This document shows, piece by piece, positions 53,725 through 54,109 of a stretch of DNA of 54,109 nt; the stretch's first letter is position 1; every line of letters begins with the position of its first letter. This DNA is from a virus (Duplodnaviria; Caudoviricetes). Location: the IMG/VR virus record IMGVR_UViG_3300027808_000037, positions 1-54,109 of that record. One strand, given 5' to 3'. The position numbers and the translations under genes were made by a program. Below the pieces are notes generated by a model, which did not search any database, was not told the origin of the DNA, and was given only the letters and a program-made list of their open reading frames with translations.

Positions 53725-54109
53725 TGAAATTTACATTCACAGACAAGCTAATAGCATATCTGGCTTTATTAAGCGGACTAAGCATCAGCACAGTTGCCAT
53801 TTACTACAGTGTAGCAGGCTTGGTCAGTATCTTCTCGGCCGCAGTAATTCCTATTATCGTGATGGGCGTGGTGCTAGAAGTCAGTAAGCTGATTGCCACA
53901 ATGTGGTTAAAGATCAATTGGACTCGTGCCCCGTACTTTATCAAAGCCTACATGTCAGCAGCCATTGTAATACTGATGATTATCACGTCAATGGGTATCT
54001 TTGGCTTCCTATCTAAAGCACACAGTGATCAAAGTTTAGTAAGTGGTGATGTACAAAGTAAAATTGCAATATATGATGAAAAAATTAAAACCGCAAAAGA
54101 GAATATTGA
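53724..54109 (+). CDS. Membrane protein with a coiled coil, truncated by the window edge
   Basis: TAATG coupling; MKFTFTDKLIAYLALLSGLSISTVAIYYSVAGL...TSMGIFGFLSKAH, open to the end. Confidence 0.75.
   Translation, partial: MKFTFTDKLIAYLALLSGLSISTVAIYYSVAGLVSIFSAAVIPIIVMGVVLEVSKLIATMWLKINWTRAPYFIKAYMSAAIVILMIITSMGIFGFLSKAHSDQSLVSGDVQSKIAIYDEKIKTAKENI

Noticed and set aside
1-54109. Genome-wide stop-codon reassignment (code 4, 15 or 25)
   Set aside because: Long genes are intact in code 11, TGA/TAG/TAA all end genes at coupled junctions, and Trp is encoded by TGG; only the RF gene shows an internal stop

Overview
This is a fragment of a large lytic (jumbo, T4-like) phage genome. The host is probably a proteobacterium, judging by the IscU, IscA and PBP7-like genes. 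Bases 1-5011 and 9076-9442 hold a tRNA array: 23 complete tRNAs, one partial tRNA, three aberrant tRNA-like RNAs and at least five non-tRNA structured RNAs, each enclosed by a closing helix. Next comes a translation/RNA-repair block with a Cys-phosphatase, an RF1-like release factor lacking domain 1, a metallophosphoesterase and an Rnl1-type RNA ligase. The standout observation is that the release factor gene (6450-7118) contains an in-frame UGA exactly at a conserved Trp position, although UGA is a normal stop elsewhere in this genome. The phage tRNA-Trp(CCA) has features associated with UGA reading (A24, unpaired 27:43). Together these suggest a stop-codon-readthrough-gated termination or ribosome-rescue module. 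The rest of the window contains two enzyme islands (2OG-Fe(II) oxygenases, Asn-synthetase-like ATP pyrophosphatases, GNATs, radical SAM enzymes, a carbamoyltransferase and SGNH proteins). It also holds IscU/IscA, ClpP, an Smr domain, the NAD salvage pair NadM-Nudix and NAMPT, an AAA ATPase, a DNA ligase, envelope enzymes and many small early genes behind sigma70-type promoters that carry a shared palindromic box. All calls come from reading motifs by eye; no database search was run.
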